64,000 bases of DNA from an uncultured Bacteroidales bacterium (lineage in GTDB: Bacteria; Bacteroidota; Bacteroidia; Bacteroidales; UBA3824), in contig CAMVLO010000002.1 in the NCBI GenBank assembly GCA_947168365.1, forward strand, positions 2,691 to 66,690, in the 5' to 3' direction. The position numbers and the translations under genes were made by a program. The notes under the pieces were generated by a model. The model ran no database searches. It was given only the letters and a program-made list of their open reading frames with translations, and was not told the DNA's origin. Each line of letters begins with the position of its first letter. Position 1 is the stretch's first letter. Shown piece by piece: positions 61,610-64,000 of the stretch.

Positions 61610-64000
61610 ATGGAAAGAGAATATTTTAACTCATTTACTATATATCTGATTTTTGCGGGTGGTATAGTTTTATTCTGCCTATTGTTGTTATGGCTATGGG
61701 CGAAAAAAAATAAGAATAATATTTTTGCATCTTCTGCTGAAAAAAAATCATTGTCAGAATCCCAAATCCTGATGGAACTTTCTGATGCTGTGATAGTTTG
61801 CGACAAAACCGGCGTGATTTCTTTCATTAATTCTCTTGCAATGCGTATTTTCGGTGATACTATTGCCAAAGGTGATAATTTTTATAACAATACGTATTTC
61901 AAGATTCCGGCTTTTGAGAATATCAACAAAAAGTCAGGAGATATTTTGTTTTCTGACATCGATTTTAGTTTAGTTAAAAATCAGTATTTTAGTAATATCC
62001 ATTCTTTCAGATGTAAGGTTTCCGTTAATTTGGAATCAATTGTTGTTGTGATTACAGATATATCGGATTCGCTGCTTATCAACGATAATTATTCATTGTT
62101 AAATGATATTACTCCTGGAATTATAGATTTTGTATCGTCTTCAGTTTCAATTTATTCCGGTGAGGGACGACGGATGTACGTAAATATGGCATTCAGAAAA
62201 GCTTTTGGTATTACAGATATGGGATACCTTTCTGTTGCGGAACATACGGCATGGAATTCTTTAGTTTATAGCGAAAACTTCAGAAAAAAAGTTCAGTTGC
62301 AAGATGAAGGCGAAGTTTACCTGAAAGTAGATTTTCGTAAACCTGAAGTTAGAGATTGGTATCATTCTTCCAACAACAATGTTTTATTTCTTCATGTAAA
62401 GTTTAAGAAATTTTACAAAGATAAAGGTTCAAAACCTATAATTGCTTTTGTGGCTGATGATGTGTCTGAAAAAGAACAATATAATCAGCGAGAGAGCGAA
62501 AGTTATGAACTTATAAAACGTATCAGGGATTTGAAAATTTTAGTTTTTTTCAGATATTTTGTATCCGAAAAAACTGTTCAAGTATACAACGAAGCCGGAT
62601 TGTTGGAAATAATTCCGTCCAACGAGTTTTTCAAGAAATTTGTGCCACAAGATGTTGCGATGCTCAAAGATGCAATTCAAAAATTAGTTACCGGAAAATG
62701 TTATTCAATAAGTATGGTGCTTCGCTCGTTGGATTCACAAATAGACGGCGGCAACAAGTATTGGAATACACACATGACATCCGTAATAGAAGACGGAAAA
62801 ATTATAAAAATTGAGGGTCTTTGCAATAGTATTACGTACAAAACATTGTATTACAGAGAGAAAGAAAAACATAGCGCGAACAAATCTGTAATACAAAACA
62901 ATTTGGTAAACTTGTCAACACCTTTTATTTATACGGTTTCAGACGGTTTGCTTTTTATGCCGGAACGAAATCGCAGGATGTTTCTTTCTGATTATCTGAA
63001 ACATATCGATCCTGTTGACTTGAAAAATAATGCCGAAATTATCAACTCTATAAAAGCCGGAAAAAATATATCAGCTTCTATTACATACCGTTACAAAACC
63101 TTGTGCAGATGGCATACTATGCAGTTTTCAATCTCGCCGAGTACAAAAGATAAATTTGGTAATGTATTGGTTTATAATGGTGTGGTTTTAACAAGTCCGC
63201 GTTGGAATCAACTCGTAACCTCAGAAGAGAGCGACAAGCTTTTGAAATCAATTATCAACAGCATTCCGTGTATGTTTACGATAAAAGATCCCGACGATGA
63301 TTTCAGATATTTGATTGCCAACAATGTTTTTTGTAATGTACTGGATATCGATCATGATTTGCTGATTATGCATAATGATTACGATATTTTTGGTCACAAC
63401 AAAATTACAGAAGGTTGTTATAAAAAAGATTACGAGACATTGGAAACCGGAGCCGTTTCTTACGATGTAGATTTCGAGCGTAACGGTACAAAAATTTCGT
63501 TACATATCAACAAGGTATTGTATACCGACACTAAAGGCAAACGTTATTTGATTTCGTCTGCGTTGAATTTAACAAAACTCAATTCTATAATTGAGCAATT
63601 GAAAGATGCCAAGAACAATGCCGAACGTTCAGACAGATTGAAGTCAGCATTTTTGGCAAATATGAGTCATGAAATTCGTACCCCGTTGAATGCAATTTGC
63701 GGTTTTTCGAGCTTGATTGGCAGTACGTTGAATCCGGAAAAACAAGAAGCTTACTCTAAACTTATCGTTACAAATTCCGATTATCTGTTGAAAATTATTG
63801 GTGATATCTTGGATTTGTCGAAAATTGAAGCCGGATATGTGAATTTTATGTACGAGGATTTTGACATCTCAAAGCTTTTCAATGACATCTGCAAACGATA
63901 CAATAAACGTAAAAATCCCGGCGTGGAACTTATTTACGAACAGCCGTATCCGTATTGCGTAGTAAATAGTGATATCCGACGTATAAAACAAATTGTTACC
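61610..64000 (+). CDS. Multi-PAS sensor histidine kinase, 3' end outside the window (absent from the ORF track)
   Basis: I translated it by hand from ATG 61610 to the window edge and found no stop. It has one TM helix (IYLIFAGGIVLFCLLLLWLW), PAS-like repeats, and the H-box RLKSAFLANMSHEIRTPLNAICGFS at about 63640. Confidence 0.85.
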   Translation, partial: MEREYFNSFTIYLIFAGGIVLFCLLLLWLWAKKNKNNIFASSAEKKSLSESQILMELSDAVIVCDKTGVISFINSLAMRIFGDTIAKGDNFYNNTYFKIPAFENINKKSGDILFSDIDFSLVKNQYFSNIHSFRCKVSVNLESIVVVITDISDSLLINDNYSLLNDITPGIIDFVSSSVSIYSGEGRRMYVNMAFRKAFGITDMGYLSVAEHTAWNSLVYSENFRKKVQLQDEGEVYLKVDFRKPEVRDWYHSSNNNVLFLHVKFKKFYKDKGSKPIIAFVADDVSEKEQYNQRESESYELIKRIRDLKILVFFRYFVSEKTVQVYNEAGLLEIIPSNEFFKKFVPQDVAMLKDAIQKLVTGKCYSISMVLRSLDSQIDGGNKYWNTHMTSVIEDGKIIKIEGLCNSITYKTLYYREKEKHSANKSVIQNNLVNLSTPFIYTVSDGLLFMPERNRRMFLSDYLKHIDPVDLKNNAEIINSIKAGKNISASITYRYKTLCRWHTMQFSISPSTKDKFGNVLVYNGVVLTSPRWNQLVTSEESDKLLKSIINSIPCMFTIKDPDDDFRYLIANNVFCNVLDIDHDLLIMHNDYDIFGHNKITEGCYKKDYETLETGAVSYDVDFERNGTKISLHINKVLYTDTKGKRYLISSALNLTKLNSIIEQLKDAKNNAERSDRLKSAFLANMSHEIRTPLNAICGFSSLIGSTLNPEKQEAYSKLIVTNSDYLLKIIGDILDLSKIEAGYVNFMYEDFDISKLFNDICKRYNKRKNPGVELIYEQPYPYCVVNSDIRRIKQIVT

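Noticed and set aside
61570-61869. A 99-aa minus-strand ORF between the two kinase genes.
   Set aside because: It is antisense to the 5' end (TM helix and first PAS) of the long plus-strand kinase ORF that starts at 61610. It has no motifs.

Overview
This is an AT-rich chromosomal segment that looks like Bacteroidota, most likely order Bacteroidales. Three things point there: several genes have TAnnTTTG -7 promoter boxes, there is a UpxY-type NusG paralogue, and the gene order XerC-like/hpf, tRNA-Thr-Tyr-Gly-Thr, tuf, tRNA-Trp, secE, nusG, rplKAJL, rpoBC is typical of the group. Most of the window is ordinary core genome. It holds a xylan/glucuronoxylan degradation cluster (GH67, GH35/42-like, GH115, GPH symporter, GH10, GH43; 1-8677), the translation/transcription super-operon (13.7-27.8 kb), lon, uvrA, an argR-carA-argH-carB cluster, the rimP-nusA-infB operon, an acyl-CoA ligase, skp, a GT2 and two sensor kinases. 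The second kinase runs off the right edge and is missing from the ORF track.

The non-ordinary material sits in two small accessory patches, 8.7-12.1 kb and 30.3-33.5 kb.
1. An unrecognised lipoprotein family has three tandem copies (9384-11176) plus a fourth copy at 30368-31012. The tandem copies share a conserved 3' module: the last ~22 codons, the stop codon, a canonical TAAGGAGGTAAA and the next ATG. Two copies of that module are a 73-bp perfect repeat.
2. Both loci carry remnants of C10 (streptopain-like) cysteine peptidase genes. An N-terminal signal-plus-propeptide piece is fused in frame to the 3' module at 9384-9776. A C-terminal 'NWGWG' piece lies directly upstream of the fourth paralogue at 31021-31212. 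This recurrent linkage suggests a protease/partner-lipoprotein system that I cannot place in a known family.
3. Each locus lies near a strictly phased 42-bp tandem-repeat array (8834-9070 and 32668-33108). Neither is a CRISPR array.
4. A lipoprotein barnase/barstar pair lies at 11239-12071.

Other items worth a second look are a promoter-equipped ~230-nt structured intergenic RNA candidate (48.52-48.76 kb), an orphan UpxY followed by 0.5 kb of promoter/terminator-bearing non-coding DNA, and canonical Shine-Dalgarno sequences in a genome that otherwise lacks them. All function calls rest on reading the translated ORFs and on motif memory. No database search was run.
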